64,000 nt of DNA from Limisphaerales bacterium (GTDB taxonomy: Bacteria; Verrucomicrobiota; Verrucomicrobiia; Limisphaerales; UBA11358): NCBI GenBank assembly GCA_003161635.1, contig PMOA01000050.1, forward strand, positions 3,091-67,090. Reading direction: 5' to 3'. This document shows positions 18,299-27,259 of this stretch, one piece after another. The translations under genes were made by a program, and so were the position numbers. Below the pieces are notes generated by a model, which was given only the letters and a program-made list of their open reading frames with translations, made no database searches and was not told the origin of the DNA. Numbering within the stretch: the stretch's first letter is position 1; each line of letters opens with the position of its first letter.

Positions 18299-18462
18299 CG
18301 TGCCGAAGCGCCTGGCAATGGGGCATTCACGTCGCGTTCCTGTTTTTCACGATGGACGGCAAAGCTCATCCACACAATCGCCAGCCCCACGCCCAGCAAA
18401 AACGCCGCCAGTACAAACCACGGCCATCGGTAGCGTTGGGGATTTTCATTCTGGTCGCTCAT
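18295..18462 (-). CDS. small single-pass membrane protein (55 aa)
   Basis: From ATG 18462: MSDQNENPQRYRWPWFVLAAFLLGVGLAIVWMSF. Its stop overlaps the sulfatase stop convergently. Weak support. Confidence 0.4.
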   Translation of the reverse strand: MSDQNENPQRYRWPWFVLAAFLLGVGLAIVWMSFAVHREKQERDVNAPLPGASAR

Positions 18463-18647
18463 GCGGGTTATTGTATCGCCAGTCTGCGGCCACCGCAAAT
18501 CAAGGTGAAGCCGGTTCTCCCCGCCCGGCGTGCCGTCCCGCCCGGCGGGACGGTCTGACCAGCCCTGTTTTCTTTGCCGCGTAAACACGGAACTCCAAAC
18601 GGCTCGACCAACGGAGAATTTAAGCTAGATTAAAAGCCATTGCGTCC

Positions 18648-19964
18648 ATGAACGAAGCCGGACCACCCGCAGACTTGCCATCGCCGACGCCGGTTAAAAC
18701 CGGCGACGACCATCCCTACGCCATTTTCCGGAACCGGGACTTTACCCTGTATTTGATCGGCCGGCTCGTGGCCGTCACCGGCCAGCAAATGTTCACCATA
18801 GCCATCCTCTGGGAAATTTATGAGCGCACCGAGTCGGCACTGGCGCTCGGCCTCGTGGGGCTGATACAAATGATCCCGATGTTTTTGTTCACGCTGCCAG
18901 CGGGGCACGTCGCGGACAATTACAACCGCAAACGGACCGTGGTGCTGATGACGGTGGCCATCGCGACTTCGAGCCTTGGCGTGGCCTTCGTCTCCTGGCG
19001 CCACGCGCCGGTCTCCTGGATTTATTTTTATCTGTTCATCGGCAGCACGGCCAACACGTTCATGCGGGCGGCCAACGCCGCTTATTTGCCGGCGCTGGTA
19101 AGCCGCAAGGAATTTTCGCGCGCGGTGAACTGGAACGCCGGCGCATTTCAACTCTCCTGCATCATCGGCCGGGCGGGCGCGGGCGCCATCATCGCCTGGA
19201 TGGCCGGGCATCATTCGACTTCTCCCGCGGCGTTGGTTTATGTGATCAATACGCTGGCATCATTGGCCTTTTGCGTTCTCATTGGCATGATCCGCCGGCA
19301 ACACACCGTCAAGACCAAGGAACCCATGACGCTCCAGGCGCTGCTGACGGGTTTCAAGTTCGTCTATGCGAGCAAAATTATTTTGGGACTCATCACGCTC
19401 GACATGTTCGCCGTGTTTTTGGGCGGCGCGACGGCGTTGCTGCCGATCTATGCGAAAGATATTTTGTTCGTCGGGCCGACCGGACTCGGGTTTTTGTCGG
19501 CGGCGCTGCCGATGGGCTCCGTGCTCTGCGCGTTCATCTTGAACCACCGGCCGCCGTTGCAAAAAGCCGGGCGCGCGATGCTGTGGGCCGTGGCCGCATT
19601 CGGACTGGCCACGATTGCGTTCGGGTTTTCGACGTGGTTTTGGTTCTCGCTCTTCATGCTGTTCACGTGCGGCGCGGTGGACAACATCAGCGTGGTCGTG
19701 CGGCACACGCTGGTGCAGATGCTCACGCCGGACGACAAACGCGGACGCGTCTCCGCCGTCAACAACCTCTTCATTGGCACGTCGAACGAACTGGGCGAGT
19801 TCGAGTCCGGCTTCGTCGCGCAAATCTTCGGCCCAACCATCGGGAACACCATTGTGATTGGCGCGATGATTTCCGTCGTCTCCGGCGGGGTGGGAACCAT
19901 TCTGACCGTCCTCGCCGTGGCCTGGCTCTGGCCGGAGATCCGGCGTTACGGAAAATTGGCGTAA
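18648..19964 (+). CDS. MFS transporter
   Basis: 438 aa, 12 TM helices, with the N-terminal FRNRDFTLYLIGRLVAVTGQQM motif typical of MFS_1/EntS-like transporters. Confidence 0.85.
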   Translation: MNEAGPPADLPSPTPVKTGDDHPYAIFRNRDFTLYLIGRLVAVTGQQMFTIAILWEIYERTESALALGLVGLIQMIPMFLFTLPAGHVADNYNRKRTVVLMTVAIATSSLGVAFVSWRHAPVSWIYFYLFIGSTANTFMRAANAAYLPALVSRKEFSRAVNWNAGAFQLSCIIGRAGAGAIIAWMAGHHSTSPAALVYVINTLASLAFCVLIGMIRRQHTVKTKEPMTLQALLTGFKFVYASKIILGLITLDMFAVFLGGATALLPIYAKDILFVGPTGLGFLSAALPMGSVLCAFILNHRPPLQKAGRAMLWAVAAFGLATIAFGFSTWFWFSLFMLFTCGAVDNISVVVRHTLVQMLTPDDKRGRVSAVNNLFIGTSNELGEFESGFVAQIFGPTIGNTIVIGAMISVVSGGVGTILTVLAVAWLWPEIRRYGKLA

Positions 19965-20099
19965 AAAATCTTCGCCCTCACCGTCCACGTTCCCGCAATC
20001 GAAACCCGGTCAAATAAACCGAGGACGAAGACGGGAAGGAATCCAATTTTCCGAGTCAACGCGACTTGACGCGGGCGCACGACGGTTTATTGTCGGCGC

Positions 20100-20684
20100 A
20101 TGAAACGAATTTTAATCTGGATTTTTATCCTGGGCATTTCCCTGGCCGCGGCGCGGGCACAGGATGACGCCACCCAGCAGCAAATTAACAAACTCAACGG
20201 CCAGGTCCAGGACCTGCTCGACGCGCAGGCGGTGCAGGCCAAGCGCATCACCGCGCTGGAGAAGGAAATCGGCGAACTGCGCGACAAATCCAGCCAGCCG
20301 GGCGCCACGGACACTGCCAACGCCGATGATTTGAAGAAGCTCGCCGACCAGGTCCAGGAAATTGACAAGAAACGGCAGGCCGACCGGGAATTGATTTTGA
20401 AGGAAATCGGAAAACTCGGCAAAGTCGGCGGTTCGTCTCCGGGACGCAAGCCAACCCCGACAATGACCACAAATTCGGCAACCGGCGGTTCAAACCCAGG
20501 CGGCAAGGAAAACGGTTACGAATACAAAGTTGCGGCAGGCGACACGCTTTCGATCATTGCCAAGGCCTATCGGGATCAAGGCATCAAGGTGACCGCCGAC
20601 CAGATTCAGAAGGTAAATCCGGGTTTGAATCCGAACAGTCTCAAGGTCGGGCAGAAAATTTTCATTCCCGCGCCGGCACCGTAG
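20100..20684 (+). CDS. secreted coiled-coil protein with C-terminal LysM domain
   Basis: Signal peptide, a heptad-rich region, and LysM (YKVAAGDTLSIIAKAY...KVNPGLNPNSLKVGQKIFIP). Confidence 0.85.
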   Translation: MKRILIWIFILGISLAAARAQDDATQQQINKLNGQVQDLLDAQAVQAKRITALEKEIGELRDKSSQPGATDTANADDLKKLADQVQEIDKKRQADRELILKEIGKLGKVGGSSPGRKPTPTMTTNSATGGSNPGGKENGYEYKVAAGDTLSIIAKAYRDQGIKVTADQIQKVNPGLNPNSLKVGQKIFIPAPAP

Positions 20685-20771
20685 GTTCGCGTCTGGCATC
20701 TGGGATTGGGCGTCTGGGGCAACAGGAGTTTTCGAGTCCTTCCCCAAAACCAAGACGCCAGAACCCAGCCC

Positions 20772-21563
20772 CTATCGCATCAGGACAAAAATCGCAATCG
20801 CCAGCGCGATGCGATACCAGCCGAACGCGTTGAAGGTGTGCGTCTGGATGTAGCGCAGCAGCCATTTCACGGCAATGAAGGAAACCACCGACGCAATGAC
20901 GGTCGCCAGCAAAACCATTCTCCAATTTTCATGCGGCGCATTGGCGACGGGATGATGCAACGCCTTGAAAATGGTCAGGCCACCGGCCGCCAGCATGGTC
21001 GGAATGCCGACCAGAAAAGAAAATTCCGTCGCCGCCGGGCGGTTCAAACCGAGCAACAGCGCCAGCAAAATCGTCGAGCCCGAGCGGGACGAACCGGGAA
21101 AAACCGCCGCGATCAACTGGCCGACGGCGACGGCAAAGACGATGGGCCAGGTGATTTCATTGCTCATTTTTTTCCCGCGCAACCACCATTCGATGGCAAG
21201 GAAGGCGACGCCGCCGATAAGCAATGCCCAGGCAATGGGGACCGGATTTTCCTCAAGTCTGAAGCCCTTTTTGACGAGAACGAAACCCACAGCCCCGGTG
21301 ATGACGAAGGCGGTGAGCATTTTCAGCAGGTAATCCTGGGTTTCCTTCTGGCGCCACTCAAAAACGAATTTGTAAATACGCTGGGGAAACAGCGGCAGGA
21401 CAGCGATGACCGCGCCGCATTGGATGACGATGTTGAAGAGGTCGCTTTCGTGGACTTTCAGGAGGTGCTCCGCCAGCAGCAGATGGCCGGTGGATGAAAC
21501 GGGAATGAACTCGGTGATTCCCTCGATGATCCCCAAAATGACAACGGCAATCCAGTCAGGCAT
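20772..21563 (-). CDS. uppP: undecaprenyl-diphosphate phosphatase
   Basis: IIEGITEFIPVSSTGHLLL and PGSSRSGSTI motifs. 263 aa polytopic protein. Confidence 0.95.
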   Translation of the reverse strand: MPDWIAVVILGIIEGITEFIPVSSTGHLLLAEHLLKVHESDLFNIVIQCGAVIAVLPLFPQRIYKFVFEWRQKETQDYLLKMLTAFVITGAVGFVLVKKGFRLEENPVPIAWALLIGGVAFLAIEWWLRGKKMSNEITWPIVFAVAVGQLIAAVFPGSSRSGSTILLALLLGLNRPAATEFSFLVGIPTMLAAGGLTIFKALHHPVANAPHENWRMVLLATVIASVVSFIAVKWLLRYIQTHTFNAFGWYRIALAIAIFVLMR

Positions 21564-21617
21564 GAATCATTTGGACGCGAAACGGGCGCGGCGGGCAAGG
21601 AAGAAGTGTCACGGACG

Positions 21618-22010
21618 TTACTTTTTTGATCTCCAGAAGGTTTTAACTTCCTCGATGTGCTGTTTGACCTTGAGCTGGCCCAGGATGGAGTGCCAGGCGA
21701 TGTAAATTTTGTGCCACTGGGTTTCCAGGCCGCGGAGCGCGCCTTCGCTCATTTCGCTGAGGTAGCGCAACGACGGCGCGTTGCCGATGAGCGCGTGGAT
21801 TTCCTCGCGTGTGGGCGAGGCGACTTCAATGGAGGCGTAAATCAGTTCAATCTCCTGCACGATGATGCTTTTAATTTCGAGAAAATGACCTTCTTCCGCC
21901 GGCCCGAATTTTTTTCCGCGCGCGACGTTAATGAAATAGTTGAACTGTTTCCAGCACTCAATGTGGGTTTCAATCTGAGTGACCAGTTGGTTGAGTTCTT
22001 TGGCGGTCAT
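21618..22010 (-). CDS. hypothetical helical protein (130 aa), last gene of the response-regulator operon
   Basis: ATG 22010 overlaps the upstream stop as ATGA. No family recognised. Confidence 0.6.
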   Translation of the reverse strand: MTAKELNQLVTQIETHIECWKQFNYFINVARGKKFGPAEEGHFLEIKSIIVQEIELIYASIEVASPTREEIHALIGNAPSLRYLSEMSEGALRGLETQWHKIYIAWHSILGQLKVKQHIEEVKTFWRSKK

Positions 22011-22324
22011 AAGCGTGGTCGGGTTGTTATCGGCGAAAAAGCGGCTTGTGGGAACAGGAAAATGATGGCGCCGCCGCGCAATTCGCGGGCGGTGATGTGG
22101 AGGCTGGCGAAATGGATGCTGACCTCGGCCAGCGGCATTTGCGCCGCGCGCGCCTCGCGGAAGAGGGACAGCACTTCCTGCCCGATGTCGCGCAGCAACT
22201 CCTTTGGATAGGCGGACGAGACGGTGTACGTGAGGACGTGGCCATTGCGGTCCACGGCGACACTGCCGGCCGGCAGTTGCTGGACTGCCGCACGGGAACG
22301 GAAAAATCGTTTTAAGAATCCCAT
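22007..22324 (-). CDS. hypothetical small alpha/beta protein (105 aa)
   Basis: ATG 22324 overlaps the response-regulator 3' end by 13 nt. GSVAVDRNGHVLTY...GGAIIFLF resembles Roadblock/LC7-sized proteins only weakly. Confidence 0.55.
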   Translation of the reverse strand: MGFLKRFFRSRAAVQQLPAGSVAVDRNGHVLTYTVSSAYPKELLRDIGQEVLSLFREARAAQMPLAEVSIHFASLHITARELRGGAIIFLFPQAAFSPITTRPRL

Positions 22325-23382
22325 GACGAAACAAGTTTTTTGCTTTTTTCCAATAATGGTCCGGCAGCGACATTGGGCGGCCAGCCAACGAGAAAACACT
22401 CGTTTCCCCGGTTCAAAACAAGCATCTGACGTTCCAAATTATGGCCGGCGATGTGCGAAAGTGGCCCGGCTTCGATCCGTTCCCCAAGACGTTTGGCGGT
22501 TTCGACGGCCCGGCGCGCCCATTTGGCGAGCGGCTCGGAAGGTTGCGTGCCCATGGTTTCGATTTCGCCCTGGCCTTCGGGCGGCACAACGATGACGAAT
22601 TCCGCGCCTTCGCGCGTGAGCAGCGCAAGTTTCCAAATGGTTTTTCGGTGAGCGGTTTGCTCGATGGAACCGGGCTCGACGGAATCAGCGGTTTCATCAA
22701 TCGACTGCGCGGATTCGAGCAGCAGGGCGTTGACGGGTCTGGTGATGGTGCGTTCGCGCCCGGATTCGGCGGGCAAATTTTCAAACGTGCCGGACTTCCA
22801 TGCGAGAATTCTGAGGAACGCCGCCTCACCGCGCGCACCTTCGGTTTCAGCGTCAATCAATTCGCCGTTTTGAATCCAAAGTTTTGCCACGAGCGGTCCG
22901 CGCGTGATGCGCAGGACGGTGGAACTGCGCGAGAGACATTCCATCTGGATGATGTCCATGAGGCTTTTGCTTTGAATGCCGCGAAAGCCGCCTTCCATGT
23001 CGCGTCCCAAAAGCGATTCAATACAGTCCAGAAACATCTGCGAATTGACCTGCATGTCGGTTTTGAGCCAGAACAAATCCACACCCAGGGCGTAGGCGCG
23101 CGAGCGAAATTCCTCGTCTTCCAGCCCGCTCAAAACAACCGTGCGCAATTCGGGAAACCGGCGGCGGACGATGGACAACACCTGCAGGCCGTCCATGCGC
23201 GGCATCTTCAAATCACAGACCAATAGCCGGAACGGCTCGGTTTCCAGGAGCGCCAATGCGCGCGCGCCCGACACGACGGTGCGGATTTCAGGCTCGCTGG
23301 GAAGGTGCGCAAACATTTCGTTGCACAAGTTCAGCCAGTCTGCATCGTCATCCAAAACGAGAATTTTATGGCGCATTTCCAT
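22312..23382 (-). CDS. response regulator: receiver + PATAN (DUF4388) domain + C-terminal extension
   Basis: REC domain (ILVLDDD, LLVCDLKMPRMDG, VVLSG...K), then the DUF4388 pattern (SLMDIIQMECLSRSSTVLRITRGPLVAKLWIQNGELIDAETEGARGEAAFLRILAWKSGTFE). Confidence 0.9.
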   Translation of the reverse strand: MEMRHKILVLDDDADWLNLCNEMFAHLPSEPEIRTVVSGARALALLETEPFRLLVCDLKMPRMDGLQVLSIVRRRFPELRTVVLSGLEDEEFRSRAYALGVDLFWLKTDMQVNSQMFLDCIESLLGRDMEGGFRGIQSKSLMDIIQMECLSRSSTVLRITRGPLVAKLWIQNGELIDAETEGARGEAAFLRILAWKSGTFENLPAESGRERTITRPVNALLLESAQSIDETADSVEPGSIEQTAHRKTIWKLALLTREGAEFVIVVPPEGQGEIETMGTQPSEPLAKWARRAVETAKRLGERIEAGPLSHIAGHNLERQMLVLNRGNECFLVGWPPNVAAGPLLEKSKKLVSSWDS

Positions 23383-23689
23383 TCCGATGGCGTTAATCGC
23401 TAACGCCGCCGCTCCGCAAATACAAGCGCGAAAAAAGCCAACAGCGCAAATTAATTAAAAGGAAGCAATCGGCGTTCCCAAATGAGACAGGGCGGCAAGA
23501 AAATCTAAATGCCAGAATGTGAACAGACTAGGGACAAAGAAGTCCAACGCTGAGACAAATTTCCCACCCGCCCAACGCTCCTTTCAAAGCTTTCAAAGGT
23601 TCGGGCGGCTAAGTCAGACAAAAAACCAACCATGGCGTGCTTCCTGCTGAAACAAAGGAGCCTGCCGGTTGACCGGCCGCCAGTAAAGC

Positions 23690-25459
23690 ATGAGTGCCAT
23701 CTCAAACAGTGTGAAAATAAAGTTCGCCGGGTTGCTCCGAGGTTTGCTGCACCGCCTCGACGATGATGAAGCAACCGCACCCCAAACGCCTCGCGGTGTC
23801 GCCGTTGCCGCACCGCCCGTGACAGTCGCACCGGCTGCCGCCGCGCGTCCGCAAACCGCGCCGCCGGCATCCCCGGCACCCACAATGCCGCCCGCGCCAG
23901 CAGAGAACCCCGATGAATTGCAACTGCCCCTGCAATCAATCCTTGCCGCGATGCCGATGGATTTGCGCGCGAAAGTCATGCAAACACCGCCCGCAGGGAT
24001 GATGATTGCCGTTCCGCTGGAAAAAATTCTCACGCAACTCGCGTTTGGCTCCGTGAAAATCGCTTTCGGTGAATTGCGAAAGGCCGCTCCGGGCGTGTTC
24101 GTCAATTCCGGCGGCGAACATGACCACAAGCCAGTGATGCTGCCGCTCAATGAAATCCTCACCCGGTTGAATCCTGCTCTGCTGTCACGCCACTCCGCCC
24201 AGAAACAAGTCGAAGTCACCGAAGACATCACCGGACCATTCGGCGCCGGCGGAGAAGGGGTCAAAATTTCCGTCGCAGCCAAACCCACGCCGTCCGCCGC
24301 CATGCCACCGTTGCGAATGACCACGCCGCCATCGTTTTCGTTTGCCTCACGCGCCATTACGCCTGCCACCAGCGCCACGGCTCCGCCCTCGCCGCCATTC
24401 ATGCCGCACGCCCCCACGCCTGCCACCAGCGTCGTCACGCCACAAAGCAATGGCGCGCCGAAACCCGTTGCACCCGTTCCTTCACCTGCGCCGCAAATTC
24501 CGGTTGAACCGGCGGCCATTTCCGCACCATTGGCCGCACTCTCGGAAAATTGGCCGGAAGGACTGCGACTCGAAATCAGACAGTCGAATCTGGCAAATGC
24601 CCAAGTTTTGTTGCCGGCGAACTTGATTAAACCGGCGTTGAAGCGCGGACGCATAACCTTCACCTGGCGAAATTTGCGGCCTTTGATCAAACCCACGCCC
24701 CCGCCGGCGTCCGTCCTCCACGATGGCATCGAATTGGAGCTGCCGTTGAATGTCATCGCCCCGCTGTTTTTCGCACGACAAAAAACGGCGCCGCGGCCGC
24801 ACCAGGTGGAACAGCCACCGGCTGACATCCCGAACTTGTTTTTTGGTTTTCCGCAACCCGAAACATCGCAGCCAAAACTGCCGGCGAAATTGCCGGCACA
24901 GCCGGTGAAGTTGCCGGAGCCGCTGGCGCAGTTGCCGGAACCGCCGGCGAAATTGCCGGAGCCGCAGGCGATCCGTCCCGCCCTCAAGCCGGTGGATGCC
25001 AAGCTGTCGGACACAAACTACTATATCTGGAGCGACACCGCCGAGGCTCCCAGAGTGGACGAAACCGAATACAAACGTTCGCAAAGGCCGGCGACGGATT
25101 TCTCCAGCCGTCACGCGACGCCAAACGAGATCGTCGCCCGCGCGATGGCGTTGCCCGGGATGGTGGGCGCCATCGTGGCGTTGCCGGACGGCTTGAAAGT
25201 GGCCAGCCAGATTCCGCCCGACCTCAACGCCGACACGCTCGCGGCGTTTTTGCCGCAAATTTTTGACCGCGTGAGTCAGAGCACAAGGGAATTGAGGATG
25301 GGCGCGCTGAATAATTTCAATTTCACCGTTGGCAACGTGCCGTGGAAAATTTTCCGCGTGAACGCCGTCTATTTCGCCGCGTTCGGTCGCGCGGGAGAAG
25401 CGCTGCCAACCGTGCAACTGGCCGCGCTGGCCGCCGAACTCGACCGCAAAAAACAATAA
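23690..25459 (+). CDS. Pro/Ala-rich protein with repeated N-terminal motif and C-terminal Roadblock/LC7-like domain
   Basis: 589 aa. The C-terminal IVARAMALPGMVGAIVALPDGLKVASQIPPDLNADTLAAFLPQIF fits the Roadblock pattern. It lies immediately upstream of mglA (6-nt gap). Confidence 0.75.
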   Translation: MSAISNSVKIKFAGLLRGLLHRLDDDEATAPQTPRGVAVAAPPVTVAPAAAARPQTAPPASPAPTMPPAPAENPDELQLPLQSILAAMPMDLRAKVMQTPPAGMMIAVPLEKILTQLAFGSVKIAFGELRKAAPGVFVNSGGEHDHKPVMLPLNEILTRLNPALLSRHSAQKQVEVTEDITGPFGAGGEGVKISVAAKPTPSAAMPPLRMTTPPSFSFASRAITPATSATAPPSPPFMPHAPTPATSVVTPQSNGAPKPVAPVPSPAPQIPVEPAAISAPLAALSENWPEGLRLEIRQSNLANAQVLLPANLIKPALKRGRITFTWRNLRPLIKPTPPPASVLHDGIELELPLNVIAPLFFARQKTAPRPHQVEQPPADIPNLFFGFPQPETSQPKLPAKLPAQPVKLPEPLAQLPEPPAKLPEPQAIRPALKPVDAKLSDTNYYIWSDTAEAPRVDETEYKRSQRPATDFSSRHATPNEIVARAMALPGMVGAIVALPDGLKVASQIPPDLNADTLAAFLPQIFDRVSQSTRELRMGALNNFNFTVGNVPWKIFRVNAVYFAAFGRAGEALPTVQLAALAAELDRKKQ

Positions 25460-25465
25460 AATTTT

Positions 25466-26080
25466 ATGGCCCTCATCAACCAAGCCACCAAGGAATTGCA
25501 GGTTAAAATCGTCTATTACGGCCCCGCCATGGGCGGCAAGACGACCAACCTCGTGCAAGTCCACGACCATGTACAAACCGCCTCGGGCAACAAGGGCAAA
25601 CTCGTGTCGTTGGCGACGAGTTCCGACCGCACGCTGTTCTTCGATTTTCTGCCGATTGAGGCGATGACCATCAAGGGCTTCAAGACGAAGTTCCAGCTTT
25701 ACACCGTGCCCGGCCAGGTGATTTACAACACGACGCGGCAACTGGTGCTGCGCGGCGTGGACGGCATCGTGTTTGTCGCCGATTCGCAATACGAAAAGAT
25801 GCCGGAAAACGTCGAGAGCTTCCAGAATCTCGTGGATAACCTGAATGCACTCAAGCTCAACCTCGCGGAAATTCCCTACGTGCTGCAATACAACAAGCGC
25901 GATCTGCCGAACGCCGCGCCGGTGGAATACATGGAATTTTTGCTGAACAATCGCGAAGCGCAGGTGCCCCCGTTCAACGCGACGGCGCACAAGTGCGAAG
26001 GCGTGTTCGAAACCCTGAACATGATCACGCGCCTTCTGTTGCACAAATTCATCAACCAAAGCGTTCCACAATACGCATGA
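25466..26080 (+). CDS. mglA: MglA-type Ras-like small GTPase
   Basis: KIVYYGPAMGGKTTNL (P-loop), DRTLFFDFLP, YTVPGQV (the MglA-specific T in place of D in DxxGQ), and QYNKRDLP (NKxD). Collinear with Myxococcus MglA as I recall it. Confidence 0.93.
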   Translation: MALINQATKELQVKIVYYGPAMGGKTTNLVQVHDHVQTASGNKGKLVSLATSSDRTLFFDFLPIEAMTIKGFKTKFQLYTVPGQVIYNTTRQLVLRGVDGIVFVADSQYEKMPENVESFQNLVDNLNALKLNLAEIPYVLQYNKRDLPNAAPVEYMEFLLNNREAQVPPFNATAHKCEGVFETLNMITRLLLHKFINQSVPQYA

Positions 26081-26081
26081 C

Positions 26082-26564
26082 ATGGCCACCCTGCCCCAAC
26101 TTATCGAGGATGACATTCGGCGGTGCGATGAAACGTTACGCGCATTCATCGCGAACACAGACGCGACGGTCGCGCTGATCATTGACAAGGGCGGTTTCCT
26201 CATCACGCATCAGGGCGACGCGCATGATTTCGACCTGATCACCATCGGCGCACTGGCGTCCGGCGCGTTCATGGCCAACCAGACCATCGCCGGCCTGGTC
26301 AACGAAACCAATTTCAGCAGCATTTACCAGCAGGGCGAAAATTTCAGCATGTTCGTCATCAATGTTGACGAACACTCCCTGCTGGTCGTGATTTTCAAGT
26401 CCCACTCCGGTGTAGGTGTGGTGAAGTATTATGCGGCGGCGGCGGTCAAACGCATTGCGCGCCAGCTTAAAACCGCCAAGGAGAGGGCGCCGGAGTCGGG
26501 ACTTGATCTTTCCGTTCTCAACGTCGCCGAAACCGGACAGTTCTTTAGGAAAAAGAAAGCGTGA
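26082..26564 (+). CDS. mglB: Roadblock/LC7 protein, MglB-like
   Basis: TDATVALIIDKGGFLITHQGD...GALASGAFMA...HSLLVVIF Roadblock pattern. The gene starts 1 nt after mglA. Confidence 0.8.
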   Translation: MATLPQLIEDDIRRCDETLRAFIANTDATVALIIDKGGFLITHQGDAHDFDLITIGALASGAFMANQTIAGLVNETNFSSIYQQGENFSMFVINVDEHSLLVVIFKSHSGVGVVKYYAAAAVKRIARQLKTAKERAPESGLDLSVLNVAETGQFFRKKKA

Positions 26565-26584
26565 GACCGACCGTGCAACCAGTG

Positions 26585-26887
26585 TTAATCCTCCAATCCG
26601 GATCGCAACCCCGCCCCACCCGCCCGATTATGATTGTGGGGGGTGTCCTGACTTGAAAATGGCGTTCTCATTTCGTCCCAGAGTTTCTCAGCGTGAACGC
26701 CCAGCGGTGATAGATGGAGAATGACCAGATCGTAACATCGCTTCAAATCCAGCATCGTTCGCTGGATTTCTGGTTCCGCCGTTTTTTGGCATACCGTTCC
26801 AGACTCTTTGTAGGCATCGAAAATTTCCGCGAGAATCGCGTCCTTGAATTTGCGAGTTTCAATGCTTTCGGCTCCCCCTGTATCCAT
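26585..26887 (-). CDS. hypothetical protein (100 aa), weakly supported
   Basis: ATG ORF in a lower-GC patch with a plausible helical N-half. The C-terminal third is low complexity. Confidence 0.3.
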   Translation of the reverse strand: MDTGGAESIETRKFKDAILAEIFDAYKESGTVCQKTAEPEIQRTMLDLKRCYDLVILHLSPLGVHAEKLWDEMRTPFSSQDTPHNHNRAGGAGLRSGLED

Positions 26888-26947
26888 GGAGTAACTTTTT
26901 GTTTTGCTGACGATTTTTACGTTTTAACGATGTAACGATTTAACATT

Positions 26948-27187
26948 TCACGGCAGATTGCTGTGACTGCCATCGCAGAACGCGCCGTTCTTCGAGTGCT
27001 TGCAACCGCACCACGCGATGGTTTTCGCTTCGGCGATATCCACTTTGCGCGGCCCGAGGCCGGTGCCTTTGTGCGAGCCGTCGCAGAACGGCTGCTGCTT
27101 CGACGCGCCGCACGCGCACCACCAAAAGGTGCCCGCCCCGGCTTTTTGAACAAATGGAGATTTTTGGGCGATTACTGGTTCTGGCAT
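26948..27187 (-). CDS. CDGSH-type iron-sulfur domain protein
   Basis: From ATG 27187 there are two CDGSH boxes (CACG..PFCDGSH and CGCK..AFCDGSH). Confidence 0.85.
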   Translation of the reverse strand: MPEPVIAQKSPFVQKAGAGTFWWCACGASKQQPFCDGSHKGTGLGPRKVDIAEAKTIAWCGCKHSKNGAFCDGSHSNLP

Positions 27188-27259
27188 AAATAAAATTGTT
27201 TGTTGGACTGATGGAGTAATGAAAGAACCGGAAAGAAGCAACCCCCAAAACATCTCACA

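Noticed and set aside
23614-26206. Long minus-strand ORFs (23614..25014, 466 aa; 24482..26206, 574 aa) across the Pro-rich gene and mglA
   Set aside because: They are antisense to a textbook MglA and to its upstream partner. The products are Gly/Arg/Ala low complexity.
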